NCBI GenBank assembly: GCA_049999805.1
Contig: JBNGIO010006186.1
Span: 52,401-97,365 of the forward strand
Reading direction: 5' to 3'
Length of the DNA: 44,965 bases
Origin: Folioceros fuciformis
Lineage: Eukaryota
Made by a program: the position numbers and the translations under genes. Positions 34,322 through 44,965 of the stretch are shown here, piece after piece (the first letter of the stretch is position 1; each line of letters begins with the position of its first letter). The notes below the pieces were generated by a model. That model made no database searches. It had not been told where the DNA came from and saw nothing but the letters and a program-made list of their open reading frames with translations.

Positions 34322-35284
34322 TGCCATGCCACACTTTGTTGCAGATTCTGTACAGCAGATCCTACAACCCACCTTCGCTATTTCTCCATGGGCTCATGGA
34401 GTTTGATCAAGACCGAGACTGTACTGTCCTTGTGTGCGTGCTGCTATGGCCTCCTCTTTGCTCCTTTCCTTAGCGTAGTCCCTTTGCACTAGCTTTTCCA
34501 GGACTTGCGGAGTTCAGACAATTGGCCTTCAAGGCTTCATGCAGCTCTTAGATCGCATGCAACATATCAAGTATATCATATGCTAAGTTGTATTGTATTT
34601 TCAAATTTGCATTCCTGGACGTCGACCTCTTCCTCCTCTTCCCCACTCTTATCCTGACCTTGCCACCCCAGTCCCCAGCTGTTCAGCAATAACTAAGATA
34701 CCCGCAAGTGGGTTTTGTATCTTCCGCATTTCTGGTTGAGCCTCTATTTACCTTCCTCTCTTCTGTCGATTCAGCCTTGCTTAGCCCTTTTTCCAATTTC
34801 CGACGTAAATGGCTGTCTCAGGTTTCAGGTGCTCAGGGTGTACGGATCATAAAGTCATGAGGTCAGCTGTTCATACTCATCAGAAGGGAAGAGAACTCCC
34901 CCTTCCCTAGTCAACTGTCAGCTCAGAAATTTAGGACCGGTACGAGACAAAAACAGCAATAGTCTAGACTTGCACCCTCGAGCCTCCAGGTTTCATGCTG
35001 CTTCATCTTCACCATTGTAACCACCTACAAGCCTGACCATTCTGCATTTCCACATTGCTAAAAACCCAATGGCCGAAACTAGTTCTCAGGGGTTTTACGT
35101 CACCTTCGCCTTGGAATCACCCTTGGACACTTCCTCGTCCCGCCGACACCCGACCCTGGCATTTCCGCCACTCCCCTCGCCCGCGATGAAGTTTCAGATT
35201 CACCGACCAATCGCTCGCTTCGCGGGACCGGCCTTTTCCAGATGGGTACATTCAGTCGACCCCACTGCTGTGCTGTCAGTTCTT

Positions 35285-35552
35285 GCTACCTCCAAACCTT
35301 TGATGTCGTCTTCCATAGTTTGTCGTAGTAGGGATGGCATTGTCGCTACCTCTTTCATGCCATCAAGTCCGTCGCGGTAGGGGTGGCATAGTCATTACTT
35401 CCCTCATGCCACATCTTCCATAGTCAATCTTTGTAGGAGGGCCTTGTCGCTACCTCTTTGATGCCATTAGTCTCGGGTGGTATGGTCGCAATTTCTTTGA
35501 TCCACATCTTACATAGTTTGTCATAAAAGAGCTGGCATTGTCACTACCTTCT
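35285..35552. repeat. Degenerate tandem repeat (about 50/100-bp periodicity)
   Basis: Recurring cttccatagt and ggcattgtcgctacctcttt(c/g)atgcc motifs. Confidence 0.6.
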
Positions 35553-36974
35553 CTTCAATACTTTCGCGCAGCTTCTATTTTAACAGCACGAGGGAATAGT
35601 GAATCTCACATTTCGTATTTGTGTGGAGCAAATAGTATCTCTATTTTTTTTTGCTGGTCAAAGTTAACACATTCTTAGTAGTCATGGTTTCATATCTAAT
35701 TATGTGTAGGAAAAATGGACTTGGTCTTCCTCTTTTACATAATGGGTTTGCCCTATAGGACGACAACATTTGCAGGTGACAACATTTGCAAGTCCTCTAC
35801 AAGATGACAACCTTTGCAGGACAGGACAGGTGGTGACAACGTTGGTAGTAGGAGAGGCAGCGTCAACAACCCTAGTGGTAGGTAGACCCTTCTCCTCCCA
35901 GACCATGATGTTTTAGGTGCTATTGATAGTCTTTAAGCTTCAGGGGTTAGTCCTTAGTGTTCCTCTCATAGTTTATCTCCTTCTCTAAGTAGTGTGGATG
36001 GGTTTTTCCATCATGATTAATTTTTTTAAAATAAATAAAAATTAATTAAAATCCCTAAAAATTAATAAATAAATTACAAAGTTGGGTCAAGAATAGGTTT
36101 AGTAAGCCCCCTTTTTTTTGGACTGTTTCTAGAGTTATTTTGTGTTTAATGTGTTACAGAAAACTAAAAAAAAGCTGGTTCGTCTATTTAGGATGGAGTG
36201 ATGTAAAGTGGGGGTCAATCGACTCACAAAGGTGCGAAGTGGGCATCAATTGACTAACAAAGGCGGACACTTGAACGAATAATAGGATGGGCCTAAACAA
36301 ATCAGAGGATGAGTATGAAGGTGAACACCTAAAAAGGTGAACACCTAAATGAATTGTAGGATGGGCTTTGAGGTGCATCGAAGGAATTGGATAATAAAGT
36401 CACTTTGTTGAAGTTGGGTATACTCCAAAAAAGTTATTTGTAGTACTCCAAAGTAGCATCGTGTAACTAATGTTGAGAAGGAGTGGTAGTAGGTAATAGA
36501 GACGCTCTTCAATAGTATTAATGGTATGCTAGCAATGTTTTAACAACGGGAACTGGAAAGCATATAGCACAACTAATGCTAATACAAATTGGTGTTAGCT
36601 ACAATGGATGTGAATCAATTCCAATCCACCACCTACATCCTTTTATGCCTTTTATTTCAAATCATTACTTGAATTTATTCTATTCACAGCCTCTGCTAGC
36701 AGCATTGCTACCTCTCATCTTTCTTACGCCACTTGCTTTGTTATCAAGCTCCTCTCATAATCATTCTTGTCTTTGCTTCCTAGTCTTATGTTGCAATAGC
36801 ATCCACTAGAGGCCTCTAGATTGGCATGCCTTGGAATTTAGAGAAGTGCAAAGTTCGAGCGCACTATTTTGCAAGGTTTGCACCATGGATAGAAGAAACA
36901 GGCCACCTAATGGATAAGTAGGTGACCTAAGTGAAGGTTTTGAATCTTCCATACATGTTGGACCTCCAACTGCA

Positions 36975-37398
36975 TGTCAACATTAAGAAAGCACGACCAC
37001 AACCTCCATGCTTATGCTATGGAAATGAGGTCAAAGAGCATTTGAGCCAATGCTTTGTAGGAAAGAATTGTTTCGAGCACCTTTGAAGAGTCCTCATGTT
37101 CTAATAAGTCTATGAGTGGCCAACGAAAGAGACTAGAGGAATGATTAGAAACTCTTGTCGGAAAAAGATGGCAAAAGAGTCAAGATGAATGATATTCTAC
37201 TATCCTCCTACTTTGTGTCAACATTGAGAAAGTGCAACCACAACCTCCATGTATCATAGATGAATGATATTCTATTATCCTCCTACTTTGTGTCAACATT
37301 GAGAAAGTGCAACCACAACCTCCATGCTTATGCTACATGGATCTGAACCAATGCTTTCTAGGAAGGAATTGTGTAGAGGACCTTTAAAGAGTCCTTAT
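36975..37398. repeat. Local duplications in AT-rich relic DNA
   Basis: A 69-bp near-exact direct repeat at 37183 and 37258. An older copy (tgtcaacatt..accacaacctccatgcttatgcta..ccaatgcttt..agagtcct) starts near 36975. Confidence 0.8.
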
Positions 37399-37580
37399 AT
37401 AGAATTTGAGGGCTTTAAGCTTCACTTCGTGGAGAAGCAATCACTTGGTTTATTTGAGTTTGCTTGCACTCATGCACAAGAAAGGAGCCCATAACAGGGC
37501 ATGGACTCTGGCTTCCAACAGAACCATGCATCTAGGCTTTTCAAATCACATCTGCCTTAGTTTAACCCAATTTTCTTAAT

Positions 37581-37762
37581 AGGATGAGGTTTTGCCTTAG
37601 CATGAGGTTTTGCATTAGCATGAGGTTTTGCATTAGGATGAGGTTTTACCTTGGTTTAACCCAACCTCCGTTGCTGGATGAGGTTTTGCCCTAGTTGAAG
37701 GCAACCTCGAGCTTCCGTTGTTAGGATGAGATTTTGCCTTAGTTGAAGGCAACCTCGAGCTT
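37581..37762. repeat. 19-bp tandem repeat (atgaggttttgc(c/a)ttag) plus longer derived units
   Basis: Four short units at 37581-37655, then two copies of ggatgag(g/a)ttttgcc(c/t)tagttgaaggcaacctcgagctt. Confidence 0.85.
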
Positions 37763-38058
37763 GCTCTCCCTGGACATGTAGCTGCGAGGCACCCCTTGAC
37801 TTGTCAAACACACAATTAGTGCATGGCTTGGTCGTTCTTGATTCAGGGGTAGACTGACGGTTTGTAGATCGCACTTAGACTGTCTCGAACTGCCCTGTAA
37901 ACTAGCAGTCGATTCTAAGGGGCTACTTGGCAATAAACACATCCTGGACGGGAGTTCTAGTACACAGGGAGACTTGTATGGCACAAAATACAAATAATCT
38001 ACTCAGATATGTCTTTCTTCACCTTCGGAGGTGTTCGTCTCTCCTTGCAGCTTGAGTC

Positions 38059-40442
38059 TTACGGTTCAAGTTCATCCTCGTTGCTCTCTAGTTTGAAATT
38101 TACGTTTGTAGGCTCATCTGCAGCTGGAGCTGATGTTTGTGAGTCGATCCTTTCGTAAGAATTAGTTATTCGTGCAAGTTCTTCATTTAAAGCCGGATCT
38201 CCCCTGCATAACCCCATACAAATCTCAGCCTCTTTGTACGTAAGGTTGGTTCCACAGCCTCAGATTACGTGCAATAAGGTCTGCCAACTCATGGTAGAGT
38301 GCAAGGAAAATGTTGCATGTCAAATCCAGCGGGGTCGACGCAGTCTTACTTGATAGAATATACGACGAGTCCGATCGTCACAACGGCAAATGCCACAAAG
38401 TAAAGCCAATCCACCTGCAGTGCAACGGACAGGTTGAGATAGAGGGCGGTCCCTAATAATTTCAACCCTAAACCCGACAGCCATATACTCTGACACGTCA
38501 TACTGAAATGAGAAACGGGGGAGTACGAGGTACCGTTTGGTGGTAGAGTAAAGCGCGAATTGCCACAGCCCACATATCCGATGTCAGCAATGAAAGATTC
38601 ATCATCGCGGAACCGCTGAGCTGTTGCATTTCAGAAGAACTGCATTCAATGAGCCTTCACTGCAAATTGCTTTGAAGAAACAATCAATACTACGGCCTTG
38701 TTGTCAAGCTCACAAGCTTGGAGACAGTTCCCGGAGGCCAGTATGCACAGGATGCATTCTGAGGCAAGTACCTGGAGGATGACCGGAACTGATGTGTAGA
38801 ATGCAAAAAGGAAGACAGCGAAGGAAATGAAAGGAAGGGCCTGCACACACCATTAGCAGCGGTGTAAGGTTCCGAACAGGCACGTTTAGAGAACACGACT
38901 TGTTAGACCCATCATCTTGAGATCACATGCAACATATGGAACCCTACCGCATCTGCCCGGCGTCTATCAAGCTGAGATCAACTGTAGGGGATGTCTGGCT
39001 TCTACAAAAGTGTCTAATACGTCACAAAGACACAGAGGTTAACGCCTTACCGCACTTATAGTCCATTGAACTGATTGCACCTCATTCCACTCCAGAAAAT
39101 ACCTTAAGTTGATATAGTCAAGGCATGTTTCCGACAGACACGCAAAACTAGCAGTTCTAGACAGGATTAAGAATGCCGCTCTCAAGGCAAAATGCACTGG
39201 AACAGACCCATGGATACAGTTGGCAGGCACTGATTAGGGAGCCAAACACCCCAATGAAGGCCAGGAACTCGATCCTGTCACTAGTTTTGACCAGAAACTC
39301 CTGCACAGACCCGATCACAGTCAGTGGACAGTAACCACGAATGTCATTGCCAGAACCATGACAAAGGGGTCGTTATTGACAGTCAACAACAAACCTCGCT
39401 GACATTGGTGAAACCATACAACGTTGCAGCTGAAAGCATTAGCAGATCTCCAAAAAGAGGATGGTTTCCTCCTGTGCACACAGAAGCAGCCTGAGATCAA
39501 CAGACGACATATACGACGGCCACAAATACAGAAAGTCTGCAATGCTGAAAACGATGAAGACTAGCAGCAATCTGCAAGTACTGGTTGGTGAAAATAGCAC
39601 ATACCAGATCGATCAGCAGAATGTACATCAGAGACAACTAAAAGAACCAGGCCCGTGACACACAAAGCAATGCCAATCAAGTGGCTGGGTAGGTACTTTG
39701 TTTTCAGCAGCAGCCATGTCAAAAATATGACACAAGGAATGGTCCAGCAATCCAGCAGCATAATACTTGTGATGGATGTGTATTGATAGGCGCACACCGC
39801 TGTGATGGCAAAGAGAAAAAGAAGGGTGAATGAGGCACAAACTAACCCTCTCAGCTGTAAGAAAGTCCAACATTGAGTAGTTACGTAAACCGGAACAACG
39901 ATAACAGACCCAAATAGTTGGCCTCCACATCGATGAAGGCCAGGAGCAAGTAGACATACCACGGCACCTGTCAGGAGCAAGCCACTGTAAAAATCCACCA
40001 ACAGCGAGTTGCCAACTCATAAAGAAGGTGCAAATGCATCTGGTTTAGAAATCCAAACTACATGAGAGAAGCAGGCCTGAACTACAAATGTACAAGCAGG
40101 AAAACCTGACATCTGTTCGGGCGTCGTAGAACAATAGACCCGTACACAATTGCAAGGAGGAGGTACACGAAAAAGCATTGCAAGATAGGGGCATTAATAC
40201 CTGCCAAACACCGAAATTAAACGAGTTCAACCATGCATCATGCAACCAGCACTCTGCACGACCTCGCTTTTCCTACGGTCACACAGGGGAACGAAAGCAT
40301 GCGCAGGTACACAGCACGAATCGCGTGATGGCATACCTTGGCGAGCCAATTCTGAGGTAGAGAAGGCAACGCCAGTGAGCAACAGTGAAATGAACTGGCC
40401 TAACCCCAGCGCCAGAAGCGTGCGCCCATGGGTCAGCTCCAT
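38059..40442 (-). CDS. SLC35F family (DUF914, DMT superfamily) membrane transporter, 11 exons: 40442-40337, 40200-40106, 39967-39910, 39799-39605, 39471-39395, 39300-39218, 39102-39051, 38840-38772, 38620-38534, 38414-38350, 38203-38059
   Basis: LALGLGQFISLLLTG..SELARQGINAP, YLLLAFIDVEANYL, AYQYTSITSIMLLDCWTIP, SDVHSADRSGG.HPLFGD, LYGFTNVSEEFLVK, SGSAMMNLSLLTSDMWAV and VDWLYF. All introns are GT-AG and frame-consistent. Confidence 0.92.
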
Positions 40443-40751
40443 GCTTACCCAACGGCCCTGTCCTCAGTGGCTGGCGTCCATAGCAGGTCTTTGAAAGGGA
40501 CCTTGCCATGGCTGTCATATTGAAAATGCATTGCTCTTCCTCGAAATCTACCAGAATCCGGGCCGACAAGAGTACTCTTGACAAAGTCCTCCTTCTCGTT
40601 ATTACCTTTAATGAAAAGAGCGCGAATAAGGTTGCGTGATGCCGAAGTCAAGCTGATCAACTGTCTGGACCTGCTGCGTGCTGCTCCACGGAGATCACAC
40701 TACGTAACACATCATGAGTTGTCTTTGCAGGATGGCAGTTTGCGTGTTGCG

Positions 40752-40766
40752 TAGGGTTTGGGGTTT
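40752..40766 (-). promoter_or_regulatory. Telo-box (AAACCCTA) upstream of the SLC35F gene
   Basis: Plus strand tagggtttggggttt equals aaaccccaaacccta on minus, ~310 bp before the SLC35F ATG. Confidence 0.4.
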
Positions 40767-40778
40767 ACAATGCGACAA

Positions 40779-43700
40779 TTAAGCACATGACCAGCTGATG
40801 TCGAGATTCTCGCCCATTGACAAGTGAAGCCCAGATATGTCTGCTCGCAAGCGGGAGGGATCATGGGACACTCGGACCTGCGAGGATGGGGCAGCATTGT
40901 TGATCAAGACATTCCCGGGCAAGGTTGCCACTCCCAAGAGTACCACATTGTGCAGGTCCAACTGCTGGTCAGTAGCATAGGTCCCGGTGGCTCCTACTCT
41001 GGCTTGCAGGCACCCTTGAGTTGGAGATAAGGAGGCAGTGTAGGCAACCATGGTGGACTTCCCTGGGGTGAGCTTCATCTGTGTCTCGCTGTCGTCGTCG
41101 AGGAACAGTTGGCCTCTGGCAGTTTGAGTCTCTGATGTTGGTGCTTCCAATGAGAAGGCGATGAGCAGCGAAAAAGGAGTCTTGCGGCAAAGGGTGGTAG
41201 TCAGCCTGCTTTCTTGCATGGGGACAATGGCGCCCTCGTGGACATGGACGTTCACGACTTGTAGAGCAGCTGACAGTGTCTTGTAGGCGCCTTCGGAGCC
41301 AGTGACATGTGAGGAATCGAACAGATTGTACCACGTACCCCTTGGAAAGTAGGCGTTTACAGATGAGGCCCCTGCTTCCAGCACCGGTGAAACCAAAATA
41401 CAGGATCCCAGCAAAAACTGCTTAGAGATGGTCAGAGACTCTGAATCTTCAGCGAACTCAAAGAAGAGAGGCCTGGCAATAGGATGGCCATGGACGTGAG
41501 CTCCGTAAGCCAAAGTGTAGAGGAAAGGCAGCATGCGGTACCGAAGACCGAGGGCAGTCCGAGCAGACGCGGCCACCGTTTTCCAGAGGTAGAGTTCCTG
41601 GTGACTGCTGTCGATATGCGAATGGTTTCTAGCGAAGGGATAGAAAGCACCCACCTGAATCCACCGATTCATCAGCTCCTCCCCAGCATCCCCCAGAAAC
41701 CCACCAATGTCTGCACCCACCATCGGAATGCCGAACAGCCCCGATCCCAGGATTCCTACCACAGAGTAAGCCAGGTCGTCGAAGGAAGATGCGTTGTCAC
41801 CTGTCCAGTGGGCGGCATACTTCCCAGACCCGACAAAAGTGGATCGAGAAAGGATGAAGGGGCGCTTGCCTAGAACTGTCCGGAGGGCCTTCTCAGTCAC
41901 GATGGCCTCACACAGACCATACAGGTTATGAGCGTCGTACTCTAAAACTCCATTGAAGTGCCGGGCACTGGTGGCAATAGTGTACATTCCCAGATTTCTC
42001 CTGGTGCCTCCGTCATTGATGCTGTATGGAGGATTGTCCCAGCGTGACGGGTTCTCAGAAGCGCAACTCAAGCAAGGTGTGGTTGGAGAGCTCTTGTCAG
42101 GGCAAACCCGGTTCACAGGATACGTACACGTCAGGCCGGTGGAAAAGTTGGATGCCTCGTTCATATCAATCCACAAACCATCGAAGGGCACTTGGTCATG
42201 GAAGTCTGCAACTTCTCTCGTCCAATACGAGGCTGTGTTGGGATCCAGAAAGTCTGGAAAGTTGACAGGTCCCGGCCAAACTTGTCCAAGGTAGTTGTCA
42301 CCATTGACGTCCTTGATATAAATGTCAGCCTGAAGACCCCTGTCATAAGATGGGTAGTTGTCCACAGCATGGATGCCTGCACAAAATTGATTGTGGAAGG
42401 TGAGAGTTTAACTTTCAGACGAAGTCCTGACAGTGACAACTTCCTGATTTCGCATTCACGAGTTTCGTGTTCGCAGTTTGGCAGTTTTGGGTGAGGGAAG
42501 CTTACCAGGGTCTACGATCATGACGTACTTCTTCCCGTCTGCATGCAGCTCATCAGCAAATTTCCGAAGCCTATCCGCTGGATAATTGACAGGGTCGAGT
42601 GTGAAGTCTCTACTGCTGTCCATGTAGTCAATGTCCGACCACATCACTTCGAGAGGAATATTTGATTCCTTGTACCCAGAGACCACGCTCTCCAATTCAT
42701 CCACGTTTTTGTAGCCCCATCTACACTGATGGTAACCTACACACTCGAGGATTTGTGGCTTCACAAAACAGGAGAACATGCGGAGCACACCACGCTGATG
42801 CGAACATAAAGGAAAGGAACAGCGCCTAGAACACACGACCGGTGCCTGCAAACAGGGGAGGCGAAGCTTTACCAAAAGACCAGTAAGGCATGGGCGCAGG
42901 CCTTCCTACGAGTTGGGTGTACTGTGACACCACAGACAAGGGCGAGCCACCCCCAAAAAAATAGAAATCCAGTACACCTCCAACAACTCGGTAGGTCAGA
43001 CCGTGGGATGAGTAGGAGACATCCATGCCATTACTGTTGAGGAGAAGCACACCATGAGTTGTACCACCTCGTCTTACATCCATGTAGAAGGGAAAGGCAC
43101 CGTACAAGTTCACATCAGTGGACAGGCTGGGAATATCTGCGGCCCATAGTGTGTAAGTCTCTCCTTGCGTTAGCCGCAAACCTTTGGACCGTGTGCTCTC
43201 ACCCAACCCATACAAGGATGCATCCTGAGGAATCTCAGTTGATATCTCCAAATACTGATCCTTGAACACCAAGCTCGCAGGACCATGATGACCCCTGGCT
43301 GTGTTGAAGAGGACCTCACCAGTGCTTTTCCTACTCACTGTGAAGCTGAAAGGATCCAAGATGTACGAGAAATCCAAGCTACGAGAAGAGAAGTTGTCTT
43401 CTCCTGACTCCCCCTCACCACCACTCCGGGGTATGAGATCTTCCGGAATTTCCCATCGTTCCTTACTACTATCGGTGATCTTCACATGGACCCTGTCAGG
43501 AGTTTCGTACCTGAGCAAAGAGCTGGTGTTAGACCAGCAACTTCCCGTCACACACACGATAAAATGCTTGAACCGACAGGTCTGGAGCCGACACGCAGAT
43601 GGACAGACCTCACGGTCAGCAGCAGGTCCGTTAAATCCTGTCCATACGCCTGGGTACCTCGGATGAGCTTCAAGTTTGCAACAATGCAACTTCCATCTCC

Positions 43701-44118
43701 AGCTTCCGAAACAGACGTGACCCGATAGCCATAACCCACTACATAATTTGCAGGGGCACGAACCAAGTGCAATAGAAGAAAATCAGGAACATCTGACGAT
43801 GAAGACGGAAGCAAAGGAAAAAATGTGGACACGCTTCCTACCATTCGCGTCGATAGGAGGCTCAAATTGCGGCGTTACTGCCTCTGCCTCCGAACTCCCG
43901 TTGCCTGGAAGAGAGAGCGTGAGCGCCGAGCTGCCAGCCAAGAGCTGTCTCCTGCTCACAGTGAACGCAATGGGTCCTTGACCGTCTTGATCCACAGAAT
44001 CACTTGCCCCGCAAACCGAGGCTGTACGTGGTATGGAAGAAGCCTGCACTACCAGGCTCCGAGAAGCGGCAGGTACGGGCCTGCTGGGGCAACAGGCGCA
44101 GGAGGCTCTGAACGCCAT
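40779..44118 (-). CDS. Glycoside hydrolase family 31 alpha-glucosidase/alpha-xylosidase; exons 44118(or 44136)-43842, 43738-43609, 43510-42873, 42736-42506, 42376-40779
   Basis: [59 protein letters not shown] and WSDIDYMD. Catalytic DGLWIDMNE and HWTGDN, then GIPMVGADI and [14 protein letters not shown] introns keep the frame. Confidence 0.95.
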
Positions 44119-44504
44119 GGCTGGCCGCTGCAGCATTCCTTTCCCCGGGGCCTGTGGGAGCAGGCAACAGCCAGCCAGCCAACTAGCGAGGAGGGCGAGG
44201 TGCGCTGGGGAACTTTTTGTTTGCACGAACCCAGGTGGATCACAATTCGGAGGCTCTGCTCATTCCTGACACAAATTTGATGGCCACTTGATGAAATGGA
44301 CGCACTTGCAGATACGATGAAGATGGAAAGGAGCCCAGCGCGCCCTTTCTCTTCGACTGCTGCGCTTGAGGTGGGCGCTGGCCTAACGGAACTGTTAGAC
44401 GGAGCGACCTTGGTTGGAATTCAAAGAAGCAGGATGCAGGCGGTGGTGGTGAAAGGCAGACCGTTGCGGGACATCAAAGGAGGAATTGATGCATTGGGCT
44501 GGCG

Positions 44505-44965
44505 ATGGGGGACCCGGGAGACGGAGACGATGGCCTGGGAGAGGTGGATGGCTGGCGCGCGGCGCAGGCAGGGCATCCGGAATGGCAGCAGGATGGTCAT
44601 CCCAGGGCTGCGCTGGGGCATCACAGGAGTGGGAATGCGGGCGGGAACGCACCTGGGCCTGGAACCTCGGCCTCGGACTCGGCGTGGAATTCCCTGGTGC
44701 AGCAGGGCGGGCATCTGGTGGTCACCATCCTGTCGGCGCAGGGCTTGAAGGACGTGTGCATGTTCGGGAAGATGAGCCCGTACGCCGTGGCCTGGATCGA
44801 GCCGCAGGAGAAGCAGGCCACCCCGGCGGCCCGCAATGCCGGCAAGACACCCTCCTGGGTCGCCAAGCTCTGGCTCCGTTTGCAGCCGCACCATGTCCAA
44901 GCCCACGCAAGGGACCATGCCAACTCCCACTCCCTGTCCATCCAGATCTTCAACGGGGATGGCGC
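44505..44965 (+). CDS. C2-domain protein (SRC2/BAP-like), 5' part, runs off the window
   Basis: ATG at 44505 (after an in-frame TGA at 44487) opens MGDPGDGDDG...HLVVTILSAQGLKDVCMFGKMSPYAVAWIEP..NAGKTPSW..LSIQIF, a plant C2 pattern. It is absent from the ORF track because there is no stop in the window. Confidence 0.85.
   Translation, partial: MGDPGDGDDGLGEVDGWRAAQAGHPEWQQDGHPRAALGHHRSGNAGGNAPGPGTSASDSAWNSLVQQGGHLVVTILSAQGLKDVCMFGKMSPYAVAWIEPQEKQATPAARNAGKTPSWVAKLWLRLQPHHVQAHARDHANSHSLSIQIFNGDG

Noticed and set aside
44137-44226. Hydrophobic LALLASWLAGCCLL upstream of the GH31 start as an ER signal peptide
   Set aside because: No ATG between it and the upstream in-frame stop. It derives from ggct-type low-complexity leader sequence.

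Overview
Eukaryotic land-plant nuclear DNA: spliceosomal introns, three small N-gaps, no prokaryotic features. DYW:KP-type and WW-type PPR editing-factor relics occur together, which points to a seed-free lineage with U-to-C editing. A hornwort such as Anthoceros is plausible, but this is inference. The first ~9.5 kb is a pseudogene graveyard: a broken sucrose-phosphatase plus at least five decayed PLS-class PPR genes on both strands, a telomere-like repeat at one breakpoint, a hairpin cluster and a 356-bp tandem duplication. Satellites and AT-rich relic DNA follow. Apparently intact genes are a BAG/IQ co-chaperone, an S40 (DUF584) senescence regulator, a WSS1-type WLM protease head-to-head with LHCB7, an intronless TMK-type LRR receptor kinase, an SLC35F transporter, a GH31 alpha-glucosidase and the start of a C2-domain gene. 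The most unusual observation is that the GH31 enzyme, a family normally secreted, begins with what looks like a plastid transit peptide plus a twin-arginine thylakoid-lumen signal (SRRQLL...AEA). Exon coordinates were read by eye and may be off by a few bases.
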